A stretch of DNA of 64,000 nucleotides from Candidatus Cloacimonadales bacterium (GTDB taxonomy: Bacteria > Cloacimonadota > Cloacimonadia > Cloacimonadales > JAFGVF01). Every line of letters begins with the position of its first letter. The stretch's first letter is position 1. The stretch lies in NCBI GenBank assembly GCA_963662585.1, contig OY759729.1, positions 2,848,001 to 2,912,000 of the forward strand, in the 5' to 3' direction. Both the position numbers and the translations under genes were made by a program. The notes below the pieces were generated by a model, which saw only the letters and a list, made by a program, of their open reading frames with translations, made no database searches and was not told the DNA's origin. Positions 36,601 through 46,714 of this stretch are shown one piece after another.

Positions 36601-37450
36601 TGCAATTCTCAAGCTGTATCAACTTTGGGGGGTGGGGATAGCTTCTAATAAATGTGAATTTAATACCAGTTACAGGAATATTATAATTATTATAATAAAC
36701 ATTCAAAGTTTGAATATAATACTGTTTAGTTTTTTCGGGATAATAATATTCTTCCTTAGAATCATCATTAGGATAATATTCATTATTACTAAAAACTCTA
36801 TCAGTAGATTTAAGTATGTTTTCTATTTCAGAATAGTTAGTTCCTAAATAAATATTCCTCTTTTCATCATTATTAGCTTTTAGTTTAGCTACAATTTCTA
36901 AATTTTCCTGGGATAAATACTCAAATACTCCATCAAAAAGTACTCTTGTCTCCAAATAGATATAATTTCCTGCAATAAAAACATCATCTTGAACAAGAGT
37001 TCTTTTGGAAAACAATCTAAAGTCACTTAAGTCAAACTCAGTTCCTGAGTCAAATCTATTATATTTTTGTGCAGTATGGAATGTTTCTGTCATGTCCTTA
37101 TCTGTATTTTTTAAATATACATCTATTTGAAGAGAATTAATAACATTTTCCAGAAATGGTAAACTATCATTTAGATCTGATTTTTTGTATGACCTTATAT
37201 TATAATAATATTGTCTAATTTTCTCTAAGTCAGATCTATCAAGTTCAATAACAACAAAATATTTTAATTCTTGAATTCTCTTTGGTTGACCTAATTCAGG
37301 GTTTGTAAAAATATAATTGTTCTCTTCAAGAAGCTCACGATTTCCTTTAAATTCTTGTTCGAGGTAAGGTTCTTCTGTATTCAATCGATTTCCACAAGAA
37401 AAAACTGATAACACTAAAACTAAGATAATAAATTTAACCAAATTTCGCAT
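33638..37450 (-). CDS. Large GLUG-repeat lipoprotein with FN3-like domain and C-terminal TM helix
   Basis: Lipobox VFSC; FILTRDIDAS..GFTPIG..FTGAFNGNNHKI; repeated VGGLVGxN; charged tail followed by LLLFTSGGLISVILIFLALKLFL. Confidence 0.8.
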   Translation of the reverse strand: MRNLVKFIILVLVLSVFSCGNRLNTEEPYLEQEFKGNRELLEENNYIFTNPELGQPKRIQELKYFVVIELDRSDLEKIRQYYYNIRSYKKSDLNDSLPFLENVINSLQIDVYLKNTDKDMTETFHTAQKYNRFDSGTEFDLSDFRLFSKRTLVQDDVFIAGNYIYLETRVLFDGVFEYLSQENLEIVAKLKANNDEKRNIYLGTNYSEIENILKSTDRVFSNNEYYPNDDSKEEYYYPEKTKQYYIQTLNVYYNNYNIPVTGIKFTFIRSYPHPPKLIQLENCSRIFSESVTLKWDKNLYTDSFDLYLHRDKEKVVNLNPNALIRSNLKTEEYSLNDLDNGASYYWLVLAKQNNSQHQTKSEVYSFLVDSNTNNKLENSKIIEISSLEKLREISSKPGYWDKSFILTRDIDASTTIDWNDGAGFTPIGNDSLAFTGAFNGNNHKITNIHINRPKKSNVGFFGYLDSVLVKDLWIESATIRGLNNIGILAGVSDNSSQIINCHSSGEILCDYIYGNNLAIYDEFKKNPQKEILYTMNSGGLVGINKNSSIIKLSSSSAMVEGNKVVGGLVGENSGGSKIIDSFASGDIFGYHTVGGLVAQNVRHVTEEYIGSKRKDQDTLKTELVKCYSMGTVKGELDYVSDAYLVCGGYDKHFGGFSDNTSIIGGLVGLNDSYIKNSYTTSNVNGDSGIGILVGLSLLKFSYNVDGLSQDNLDYSKIINSFYNYDKSLLNGEKVKSQLGLSDALFSEWKKQYLSQSLKNIDLSNSILIKTPEDLQNVIFTMHNPKAKYELKADLDLTEYANLYIPFLYGTFNGNGHTIKNLSIDNQDSKFLGLFGEIIGGRVNDLILENAKITGFNNVGILAGKITNESTIGNITVRGDIIDGAIIGGLAATVDNSHITNCSCEIKILKEGKKDNNERFSYILFSDRSKSIEIGGLIGNCNKTIISNCQTEIMYMYNIDSATNAGFIGKASDSKITESHSTAMIKNGGKSAGFIASIFVTDIENCYSKSLITSQDKHAGFVYDVNYSNITNSFSVCYVYKERRLSRFIEENIHTNITNCYYEIDDCLELKKANNEIYYADLKKKETYTDTGWDFDNVWEINRADNQGYPTLKHTKIRFMKSFYEPELKKIKTNSEERENTSLNESIKTALQEFRMDLSPEKVSKINQVNEINRKERKKIKDKDKNNDKCQWIDLDKSRKEKVYAQRQNRISNEKNRNEDNKENYIEENNNLVTSEGNNHLDMNTKRKLLLFTSGGLISVILIFLALKLFL

Positions 37451-37463
37451 TTTTCCTCCTTAG

Positions 37464-40400
37464 TTAATCTTTTAAATAAGGATAACCGTTATTTTTAAAA
37501 GTATTTATGCCCCAGATATTTTGGAAATCCCAACCTGCTTCACTAAAGGTCTTCTCAGATTTCATTTTTAAAGTATGTTTACCAATTCCACCTCCACTTA
37601 CATGACAGTTGGAAACATCTAAATCCCAGAAAGAGTCATTAACTGTAGAACGGTAAAGAAAAGCTGTTAATCCACCGATTTTTCCATTAGGAGATTTTTT
37701 GCTCAGTTCTAACTGACCCGATGCATAACAGTTACTAATCTCTATCATAGATCCTCGACCTATAAGTCCCCCGATATTATCTTCACCTGCTACCTTACTT
37801 CGCGAATAACAATTAGAAACTATAGCATTGAAACACCTCCCAATCAAAGCTCCTCCATATCTATTAGCAATAACTTCACCAGTGGCATGACAATAAGATA
37901 CATTGGTATTTGTTGCTTTACCTACTATTCCACCTACATCTTCATAGGTTGAAGATATTATATTTTCGGAAGAAGAGCTTTCAATTTTGATGTTATTATT
38001 ATTGGATTTGCTTACATTGCCTTTAGAACTTTCTCCTGTAATTCCACCAACTTTCTGTCTGCCTGAAACTTTAGTATTAGAAATACAGTTTGTGATATTA
38101 GCTGAACTTTTACCAACAATACCACCAACTTGATTTTTTCCCTGAACTTTACCCGAGACAGAGCAATTGTCAATGAAGGAATCCCCGGCTAATCCTACTA
38201 ATCCTCCAGTGTTATTTTCTCCAGTGATATCAACATTCTCTAATTTAAGATTATATATTTTTCCACCGCTGATTGCTTGGAATAATCCTACAGGAGAGAT
38301 CTCTGGACAATTTATGCTAACATTGGATATTGTGTGCCCATTACCATCAAATTCTCCTTTAAAATCAGGAATCATAAAATTAGGATGCTTTGTCATATCT
38401 AGATCTTTTGTTAATTTAAATTTTGTTCCATCTCTTCTACCAAAATAGCTAACATCCATAAGTTCAGTTTCGGAAGTAAGCAAGTAATATCCGTTTTCTT
38501 GTTTTAGATTACCTGAATATTCTTCTCGAGATGATTTAGCTTTATTGTTATTACTACTTATGTATTTCTTGTTCATACTATAAGGACTAATAATCTTTTC
38601 TCCATTTATTAAGGTATTTTCATAAATATAATAACTATTCTTAAATTCACTATTATCATACTCAGAAGGAGAAGAATTTCCTGCTAGATAACCAGTACTA
38701 GAAGTAGTTAACTCACCTTCAAAAATACAATTCTCAATACTATTACCATGCCCCCATCCTATCAATCCCCCAGAATTTCCACCACCATTAATTTTACCTG
38801 ATACTTGAGAGTTTTTTATGATGCTCTTATTACAATTACCAGCTATTGCTCCCGATGATGAGCTGGCATTAAGGGTGATATTGATTAAATTAAAATTTTT
38901 AATTGTTGCATTATCTAAATTTCCAAAAAAACCTTGTTGACTATTCCATCTATCATCAATTAATAAATTTTTAATTTTAAATCCTTTCCCATCATACTCT
39001 CCCTTAAAAGGAATTTTTGAGTCTCCGATAGGAGAGAATCCTTTCCCTTGATTCCATTTATGTGAATCTGAAGCATTTATATCTGCGGTTTGTACGAAGT
39101 ATTTGTCCCACATTAAAGGAGACTCACTTAGCGTCCTTAAATCATCTAAATTACTAATAGTAATTGGGTCATCTTTTGTTCCTAAATTAGGCCAAGGACT
39201 CTTAGTCGTAAAACTATAGTCACATATAATATCGTATTCTCCAGCTTTTTTTAAAACTACTTGCCAGAAGTACTGGTTATACTCTTTTAGAGTTCCTATT
39301 ATTTTAAATTTTATCTCTCCAGTTCCTTTTTCGATAACTTTATTTGTTGGAGGATAATTGTTCCCAAAATAGAGATCATAACTATCATAAGGAATTAGAT
39401 ATCTTGCTTCCAAAGTTGGTGAATAATCTATATTTATTGCTAAATCTGCCGGAGATATTTCTTCGCTTATTTGAATCTTGTTAACTGGATAGCCATTGTT
39501 AATTTTAGAATTTATATACCAGAGTTTATCAAAATCTTTATTGTTTTTTTTATACATTTGTGGGTTTTTCATCTCAAGAGTAGTTCTCCCATATTTCCCA
39601 TCTATTTTAGAGTTAGGGAAGAAATCCGAATTATAATATGAATTTTCTATCCTGCCATGGGAATACCCAGCTAATCCTCCAGTTTTTTTAGGGTCTTTTC
39701 CTTCTAACCAAGTTACAGAATAACTAGAATAAATCCCTGAATTATTATAACCAACTAAACCACCAATGTTCTCATTCCCTGTTATCTTAGCTTGTACAAA
39801 ACAGTTTTCTATTAATTTAGATGAATATTTATCTTTTGTAAAACCAGCAATTCCTCCAATATTATTATAAGCTTTGATATTCATATCAGTAATTCCTAAG
39901 TTAATAATCTTTCCAGCAATAACTTTGCCAAATAAGCCAATATTACTTGTATAAGGACAATTAATTGATATATTTTTTATAATCTTACCATTACCATCAA
40001 ATACACATCTAGTAACAGGGATATAGAAATTTGGATGTTTAGAGAAGTCTAAATTCCTTGTTAGTTTAAATTTATACTTTGAAAATCGAGCAAAGTAAAA
40101 TAGATGTTTAAAATCCTCTTCTGTGTTGATTAAGTAATATTCTCCTTCAGATTGATAAATTTTTCCGATATCCAAATGGGTAATTCGGTCTTTTAATTTA
40201 TTGAATACATTAGTATCAACAGCATATTCTGAGATAAATGGTTCATGATTAACTAATGTATTCTGATAGTCATAGAAGCACCCTATTGAATAACTTTCGT
40301 GTTCAACACCTTCAAGGTAAGTAATAGTATCTTCTTCAAGTCCAAAAATAGCACCAACATTTTCTTCTCCAATAATTCTCCCATCTACAAAACAGTTAGT

Positions 40401-40847
40401 AATAGTTGATTCACTGCTATTTCCACATAACCCACCTACATTTTTATTCCCTTTAATTGTAATGTTTTCCAGTGTTAGATTTTTTATAGTTGCTCCTGTT
40501 AACTCACCAAAAAGTCCAACATTATTAAATTTAGTCCTATCAATATAGAGGTTTATAATCTTAAAGCCTCTACCATCATAATTACCATTAAAACCATAAT
40601 TACCATTAATTGGAACAAATCCAGCTCTTCTTTTCCAGTTTTTAGTCTCTGTAGCATCAATATCTTGTGTCTGGACATAATACACATCATAAGAATCTGA
40701 TTTTAAGTTAGATAAATAGACAAGATTTTCTAATGTTGAAATCAGATAAGGATCAGATTCTGTTCCTATACCTATTGGTTTTATCATTTTTGCAAATAAA
40801 TTAATGGTTATTAAAAAAATTATGAGAAACACTATCAACTTTTTCAT
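37464..40847 (-). CDS. Secreted GLUG-repeat protein with two tandem beta-solenoid modules
   Basis: GGAGG before ATG 40847; signal peptide; two copies of GTxxDPxxIS..VQTxDIxA..GFxPI..F(N/K)GxYDGxGFKI; many GGLVG/GGIVG repeats; ends GWDFQNIWG..NNGYPYL. Confidence 0.85.
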   Translation of the reverse strand: MKKLIVFLIIFLITINLFAKMIKPIGIGTESDPYLISTLENLVYLSNLKSDSYDVYYVQTQDIDATETKNWKRRAGFVPINGNYGFNGNYDGRGFKIINLYIDRTKFNNVGLFGELTGATIKNLTLENITIKGNKNVGGLCGNSSESTITNCFVDGRIIGEENVGAIFGLEEDTITYLEGVEHESYSIGCFYDYQNTLVNHEPFISEYAVDTNVFNKLKDRITHLDIGKIYQSEGEYYLINTEEDFKHLFYFARFSKYKFKLTRNLDFSKHPNFYIPVTRCVFDGNGKIIKNISINCPYTSNIGLFGKVIAGKIINLGITDMNIKAYNNIGGIAGFTKDKYSSKLIENCFVQAKITGNENIGGLVGYNNSGIYSSYSVTWLEGKDPKKTGGLAGYSHGRIENSYYNSDFFPNSKIDGKYGRTTLEMKNPQMYKKNNKDFDKLWYINSKINNGYPVNKIQISEEISPADLAINIDYSPTLEARYLIPYDSYDLYFGNNYPPTNKVIEKGTGEIKFKIIGTLKEYNQYFWQVVLKKAGEYDIICDYSFTTKSPWPNLGTKDDPITISNLDDLRTLSESPLMWDKYFVQTADINASDSHKWNQGKGFSPIGDSKIPFKGEYDGKGFKIKNLLIDDRWNSQQGFFGNLDNATIKNFNLINITLNASSSSGAIAGNCNKSIIKNSQVSGKINGGGNSGGLIGWGHGNSIENCIFEGELTTSSTGYLAGNSSPSEYDNSEFKNSYYIYENTLINGEKIISPYSMNKKYISSNNNKAKSSREEYSGNLKQENGYYLLTSETELMDVSYFGRRDGTKFKLTKDLDMTKHPNFMIPDFKGEFDGNGHTISNVSINCPEISPVGLFQAISGGKIYNLKLENVDITGENNTGGLVGLAGDSFIDNCSVSGKVQGKNQVGGIVGKSSANITNCISNTKVSGRQKVGGITGESSKGNVSKSNNNNIKIESSSSENIISSTYEDVGGIVGKATNTNVSYCHATGEVIANRYGGALIGRCFNAIVSNCYSRSKVAGEDNIGGLIGRGSMIEISNCYASGQLELSKKSPNGKIGGLTAFLYRSTVNDSFWDLDVSNCHVSGGGIGKHTLKMKSEKTFSEAGWDFQNIWGINTFKNNGYPYLKD

Positions 40848-41304
40848 TAATCCTCCCATTTTAAAAAGAATAAATTATAAATTTAGTAAAGTTAATCATC
40901 TAAAATTTATTCAAGCAATACCATTTAATGTAGAACTCATAACACTTTTCACTTTTGTTTATTGCAGCAATAGTGGTGAATATTGCAGAAACATGATTAT
41001 AACTTTTTCTCTTATGTAAAATATTACTAATCATATTAGTTATGTCAAGATTAAATATTATTTATTTTTTGAAATAATTAACTTTTATTTAATATAATGT
41101 TAATCTTAATTAGCCATATAGTTTATGTATTAGTGTTTTCAAGTTATATCTATATAGGGGATGGAAAGACTATCAAGATTATCATGGTGAGAAAAGTTAT
41201 CTAATATATTATAAATTAAAAGACTATTATAATGTATCTTTTTTTATTATTAAACTGTTTAATGCTCGTTTTCTTGTTACCATCTAAAGAAGAAAGAATT
41301 GAGT

Positions 41305-41594
41305 GAGACTGTTCAAATAAGTTTTCACAACTAAGCCATATTATCCCACTTCTGAGAGAAAAGCAGTCCATAATATATATTGTAACAGCCTTATTTACAA
41401 TAAATTATAGCGTAGTTTTGTTAATATATGTTTTACATATAGGCTCATTATTGTACTATAAATAGTATTAAATGATAAATAATGGCTGTTGTCAATAGAG
41501 GATTATGGAACATTAATTTAGGATTTCGTCTGTATTTTTGGGTGTAACTCTACTTCAATCATTGGTAATGATAATAATTTAAGGGAACAGTCTC
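41305..41594. mobile_element. Candidate MITE-like element with terminal inverted repeats and a long internal palindrome
   Basis: GAGACTGTTC (41305-41314) and GAACAGTCTC (41585-41594). Nested arms TCCATAAT/ATTATGGA, AACAGCC/GGCTGTT, TTATTTA/TAAATAA; central TATATGT-TTT-ACATATA. Confidence 0.45.
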
Positions 41595-42459
41595 GTATTA
41601 TTTGCGACAAATAGGATAGGATAAAAAATGCTAAAATCTTGCGTAATTCAAAGAGTGATAAGGATTAATCTAAGCCTCAAACCTTGTAGCTAAACTGCTC
41701 TTCCAATGCTCCACAACTGTTAACTCGAGCAAAATTCAAATTTTAATTGATTTCAGTGATAAGGAGCAAGCTATGACAGTAGATTATACGGGATGAGGTG
41801 TATAAAAGTCTGCCTAAACATAGAGAAAGCTATTGGTGGATTTCTACTGCATTTGTAAAGTCTTGGAACTAATATTTAGCCTTTTTATATCCCTAGCCTA
41901 CACTTCTGTATAATCTAAATTAACACGGCTAGTAGCATGAGAGAAGGCGATAGCAAAATCGCCATAGCGGAAATTAAATTGATTTATGTGAGAGAAGTAT
42001 AATCACTAGGATAAATTTTGCCTGGGCCTAGAGATGAGATTGAATATGTTCCAGAAGAATTCACTAACAAATCAAAACCGCTTATATAAGTCACCCAGCA
42101 TGGACCTTTAGGTGCTAATTACCTTGCCCCACTTATATCAATGATTAATGGAATAAACTTCCATGATAAAAATATTTGGGAGGAGTTGAAACTAATTTTA
42201 AGCACTATCATTAATAAGGGGATTATTTATTAATCCTGAAGACTCAAAGGAGTAAGCTTTATGTATGAAGGAAAGTTTATTCTTATTATGAAACAATATT
42301 ACTTAATCAATTAAATTGCAGTTCTTCCTCAAAATCTTGCACTTACAAACAAGTTAAGTCTTATTTATAACAAGTTTGATAGAAGATTAGTTATTGACAA
42401 GTTAAGCACTAAAAACAAACTTGGATTAAATAAATATTAATATAAAGTAGGAGAACTTT

Positions 42460-44352
42460 ATGGAAGGTACTTTTAATCAATCAATTATGGACAAACTGCA
42501 GAAAGCAACAAATGAAGCCCGTGGAAGTATTTTGAAAATGACAACTTTAGCTAAGTCAGGGCATCCGGGTGGATCCATGTCCACAATAGACTTATTAATG
42601 TCAGTCTATGAAATAGCCAATATAAATCCACAAAATTATAGAAATGAAAATCGTGATATAGTAGTTGTGAGTAATGGGCATATTTCACCGGCAGTCTATT
42701 CTGCTTTGGCCAATAAAGGATTTTTTGCCATTGAAGATGCAATTTCTCAATTTAGGTTAGCTGGAAGTACTTTTGAAGGACATATTGAAAGAACTGTTCC
42801 TGGAGTAGAGTGGGGAACAGGAAACTTAGGACAAGGTTTATCTGCTGCTTGCGGTTTTGCTCTTTCTGCCAAATTAAAGGGAATCGATAACCATACTTTC
42901 GTCTTTATGGGTGATGGTGAGCAACAAAAAGGTCAAATTGGCGAAGCAAGAAGATTTGCTGTAAAATATGACTTAAGCAATATTACTGTTATAGTTGATT
43001 ATAATAAATTACAGATTTCTGGAGATATTTCAGATGTAATGCCTCAAGATATTAGAGATAATTTCCTATCTGATGGTTGGGAAGTAATTGAAATTGACGG
43101 ACATGATTTTAAAGAAATTAGCAATGCCTTGTATGATGCTAAAGAGAATGAAGCTCCAGTAATGATTCTAGCTAATACAATTATGGGAAAAGGTGTTTCT
43201 TTCATGGAAAACAAAGCAGGTTTCCATGGTGCTCCTTTGAATAATGATCAGTTGAATGATGCCTTAATAGAGTTAAATGTAGAAAATGATTTTGCCCATT
43301 TAACAGAACTCAGAAAAGATTTTACTCATAGATCTCACCCTGAAGTAAATCACTTTAATCCTGATTTAACTGAAGGAGAATATCGCCTTTATGAAAAATC
43401 AACCGATAACCGTTCAGCTTGGGGTAATGCTTTAGTTGATTTAGAAAATAGCAATAAAGAATCACAGACCCCTATTGTAGTGTTTGATTGTGATTTGGCT
43501 GGTAGTGTAAAGACTGCTGATTTTGCTAAAATAGCTCCAGAAAGATTTATTCAATCTGGTATTATGGAGCACAATACTTCTGTAGTTGCTGGTGTATTAT
43601 CAACATGCAATTTCCAGACATTCTGGGCAGATTTTGGTGTGTTTGGGATTGATGAAGTTTATAACATGCATAGATTAACAGATATTAATCAAGGAAACCT
43701 TAAGGTTGTAGTAACTCATGTTGGTTTAGATGTAGGTGAAGATGGAAAGACTCACCAATGCATTGATTATATTGGAGCAATGAGAAATATCTTTGGTTTC
43801 AAAGTAATTGTTCCTGCAGATCCAAATCAAACAGATAGAGCTGTTAGATACATGGGAACTAACCCTGGTAATATGGTTATTGCTATGGGTAGATCAAAGC
43901 TAGCTCCTCTTACTAAAGAAAATGGTGAGATTTTCTTCGATAAAAATTATAAATTTGAATATGGTAAGGCAGATAGAATTAGAAGAGGAGAAAAAGGTGC
44001 AATTATAGTTACTGGAACTCTGGCTAATACTGCCGTAAAAGTGGCTGATTCTTTAAAAGAAAAAGGTATAAATCTCCAAGTATGGAACATTTCTTCTCCT
44101 TTAGAGATAGATTTAACAGCTTTAAAAGAAGCAGTCCAAACAGGACTTATTTTTACTCTAGAAGACCATAATGCAAATTCAGGTTTAGGTCTTTCAATAG
44201 CTGAAGCTATAGTAGAGAATCAATTGAAAGCTAAATTAGTAAAATTTGGGGTTAATAATTATGCTGTTTCAGGAAGTTCTGATGATGTATTTAGACTTTG
44301 TGGCTTAGATGAAGTTACCCTGGAGAAAAAAATATTAGATGAAATTAAATAA
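42460..44352 (+). CDS. tkt: Transketolase (single-chain)
   Basis: SGHPGGS, SNGH, GNLGQGLS, GDGEQQKG..DYN TPP motif, GIMEHN, VGEDGKTHQ; TTGACA at 42394. Confidence 0.92.
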   Translation: MEGTFNQSIMDKLQKATNEARGSILKMTTLAKSGHPGGSMSTIDLLMSVYEIANINPQNYRNENRDIVVVSNGHISPAVYSALANKGFFAIEDAISQFRLAGSTFEGHIERTVPGVEWGTGNLGQGLSAACGFALSAKLKGIDNHTFVFMGDGEQQKGQIGEARRFAVKYDLSNITVIVDYNKLQISGDISDVMPQDIRDNFLSDGWEVIEIDGHDFKEISNALYDAKENEAPVMILANTIMGKGVSFMENKAGFHGAPLNNDQLNDALIELNVENDFAHLTELRKDFTHRSHPEVNHFNPDLTEGEYRLYEKSTDNRSAWGNALVDLENSNKESQTPIVVFDCDLAGSVKTADFAKIAPERFIQSGIMEHNTSVVAGVLSTCNFQTFWADFGVFGIDEVYNMHRLTDINQGNLKVVVTHVGLDVGEDGKTHQCIDYIGAMRNIFGFKVIVPADPNQTDRAVRYMGTNPGNMVIAMGRSKLAPLTKENGEIFFDKNYKFEYGKADRIRRGEKGAIIVTGTLANTAVKVADSLKEKGINLQVWNISSPLEIDLTALKEAVQTGLIFTLEDHNANSGLGLSIAEAIVENQLKAKLVKFGVNNYAVSGSSDDVFRLCGLDEVTLEKKILDEIK

Positions 44353-45268
44353 CAAAGTTATAATTAAAGTTGTCATTATTATTATGGCAACTTTAATTAT
44401 CCTCAGCTGTGGTACCAATAATGTTGTTACTAATAATGATGTTATCACAGAATATAATGAGGATGTGGTAAAAGTTGCAACATGGAATTTGAAAGAGTTT
44501 CCTCTGACTGATAATACTATTAATGAATTACAGAACTTAATTCCTCAATTAAATGCAGATGTTTTCGCTATTCAAGAAGTAACAAGTACTTCAGAATTTA
44601 ATCTATTAGATAGCTATCTTAATGATTATAGTGTTCTTTACACAGAAACATATATATATGATCCAAGTGATGAGGATAGTTATTATAATCCTGTCTTAGG
44701 TTATATTTATAATAATCAGAGAGTGACTGTTAATGCTAGTTATGAAATCTTTAAAGGGGATAGTAGATTATTTCCTAGAGAGCCCTTTGTTCTAGATGTA
44801 ACTTGGAAAGGTATTAACTTTATTCTTATCAATAATCACTTGAAAGCAGGTGGAGATAATTACTTAAACGAATCTGATGAATGGGATGAAGAGACAAGAC
44901 GGAGAGATGCTTTGGATGCTCTTCATAACTATATTGTAGAGCACTTTAGTGATAAGAATGTGCTTCTTATGGGAGACTTTAATGACCAGTTTCATGAACC
45001 TATAGAAACAAATGTCTTTACAGCTTTTATAAATGATGATAATTTTGTATTCGCAGATTATGAAATGAGTTTAGACAGTGCTGATTTCTCTTATCCAGGT
45101 TGGCCTTCTCATCTTGATCATATAATAATTAATGATAATTTAGTAGATGTATTTGCTAAACCCTTGTCTGATTGTTATACTATTAAGTATGATAAAATAA
45201 TGAGTAATTACATTACTAGTATTTCAGACCACAGGCCTGTAATCATTGAATTAGACTATAAAAACTAA
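44339..45268 (+). CDS. Endonuclease/exonuclease/phosphatase (DNase I-like) lipoprotein
   Basis: Lipobox ILSC; ATWNL, AIQE, NNHLK, MGDFND, HLDHI, SDHRPV. Confidence 0.88.
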   Translation: MKLNNKVIIKVVIIIMATLIILSCGTNNVVTNNDVITEYNEDVVKVATWNLKEFPLTDNTINELQNLIPQLNADVFAIQEVTSTSEFNLLDSYLNDYSVLYTETYIYDPSDEDSYYNPVLGYIYNNQRVTVNASYEIFKGDSRLFPREPFVLDVTWKGINFILINNHLKAGGDNYLNESDEWDEETRRRDALDALHNYIVEHFSDKNVLLMGDFNDQFHEPIETNVFTAFINDDNFVFADYEMSLDSADFSYPGWPSHLDHIIINDNLVDVFAKPLSDCYTIKYDKIMSNYITSISDHRPVIIELDYKN

Positions 45269-45357
45269 GAGAAATTAGAATTACTGACTAGGAATAGGCA
45301 ATAAAAGTAAAAAAGTTATAAATTACAATAATTAGATTTTTTAATATGGAGATAATT

Positions 45358-45717
45358 ATGAATAAGAAAATCTTAATCGTAGATGATGATCAGTTATTAA
45401 GAGATGTTGTAGGACAGTATTTATCCAAGAATGGTTATCAAGTGGAGATTCCAAATTCTGCTTTAGAAGCAATAGAAGTTTTTAAAGCAGGTGAGTTCTC
45501 TTTAGCAATAATAGACTTAGTAATGCCTGATATCGGCGGAATAGAATTAATGGAAGCACTCATTTCCAAGGACCCAAACCTAAGAATCGTTATCATGACT
45601 GGTTATCCTACAGTTGATAGTGCTTATAAAGCAATGGTTGATGGTGTCTTTGAATATATTATCAAGCCTTTCAGAATGAAAGAATTATTAGAGGTTGCCC
45701 AAAAGCTAATTGGATAA
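45358..45717 (+). CDS. Stand-alone response regulator receiver protein
   Basis: ILIVDDD, DLVMPDIGG, MTGY, YIIKPF; no output domain. Confidence 0.92.
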   Translation: MNKKILIVDDDQLLRDVVGQYLSKNGYQVEIPNSALEAIEVFKAGEFSLAIIDLVMPDIGGIELMEALISKDPNLRIVIMTGYPTVDSAYKAMVDGVFEYIIKPFRMKELLEVAQKLIG

Positions 45718-46645
45718 GATGAAGTTAGTTGTTAAAACACATAAAATAGCCGATTTCTCTAAACAGGACTTGATAACAAATACTTACCTTAAAGCTGACT
45801 TTCTTTCTTTATTAAGAAAGTACTTTAAATTAGATGTTAATTATCTAGTGGTAACTAATATAGATTTACAGGAAATTGTTGCTATCACACTCTCGGTCGA
45901 AAAGAAGATTTTGGGAATTTCTTCATTGATTAATCCCCAAATAATCTATTACCAACCGATAGAATTTTTCTCTTTAGACAGAAAAAATCCTAATGAAAAT
46001 CAACTAATTGAAATTGAAATATTCAAGAATATTTCTGCATATTATAACAAATACTATTTTAAAGTATCTAAAAATCTATCTCCAGAAATTGAAGATGTTA
46101 GAGGCTTTGTTTGGTCAGGAATGACTGCCCTTCCTCTTTATACTTATAGATTTAATTTAGCTACATACTCTTCAGATAACTTTTTTCGTAAACAGAGAGC
46201 TTCTCTGAGAAAAGCTGAGAAATTAGCTTATAAATTCATTCAGGAAGTAAATATCCCTAGCTTTTTAGAATTAGTCAAGGGAACTAAGCAAAGACAAGAT
46301 TGGAATTTTAATTTTAGTGATGATGTATTAACAAACTATCTTACTGATTTGTTAAAATTTGGTTTCATTCAGCAATTTAGTATTATCAATCAAGCAGGTT
46401 TTGTTGTTTCTACAATGTTTTGTTTGATGGATAAACAGAATAAAATAGCTTATGCTTGGTTGGCTGCAACAGATGTCAAAGAACTATCCAATGGAGTCTC
46501 AACTCTACTATTTCATTCTATTTGTGAGTATTTAAAAGCAGAGTATGATATTTTCGATCTCTGTGGTGCCAATACCGATACTATTGCTAGGTTTAAAGCT
46601 TCTCTAGGAGCTGAATTAAAAGTATTTTATAGAATTAAACTTTAA
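45710..46645 (+). CDS. GNAT/FemABX-like acyltransferase
   Basis: RASLRKAEK, AYAWLAAT, FDLCGANTDTIARFKASLGAEL. Confidence 0.7.
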   Translation: MDKMKLVVKTHKIADFSKQDLITNTYLKADFLSLLRKYFKLDVNYLVVTNIDLQEIVAITLSVEKKILGISSLINPQIIYYQPIEFFSLDRKNPNENQLIEIEIFKNISAYYNKYYFKVSKNLSPEIEDVRGFVWSGMTALPLYTYRFNLATYSSDNFFRKQRASLRKAEKLAYKFIQEVNIPSFLELVKGTKQRQDWNFNFSDDVLTNYLTDLLKFGFIQQFSIINQAGFVVSTMFCLMDKQNKIAYAWLAATDVKELSNGVSTLLFHSICEYLKAEYDIFDLCGANTDTIARFKASLGAELKVFYRIKL

Positions 46646-46714
46646 CTATTGACTTATTTATTATTCTCTGCATAATTTGTTCAATTAATAAACATTAAGA
46701 ACAATAGAGGATAT

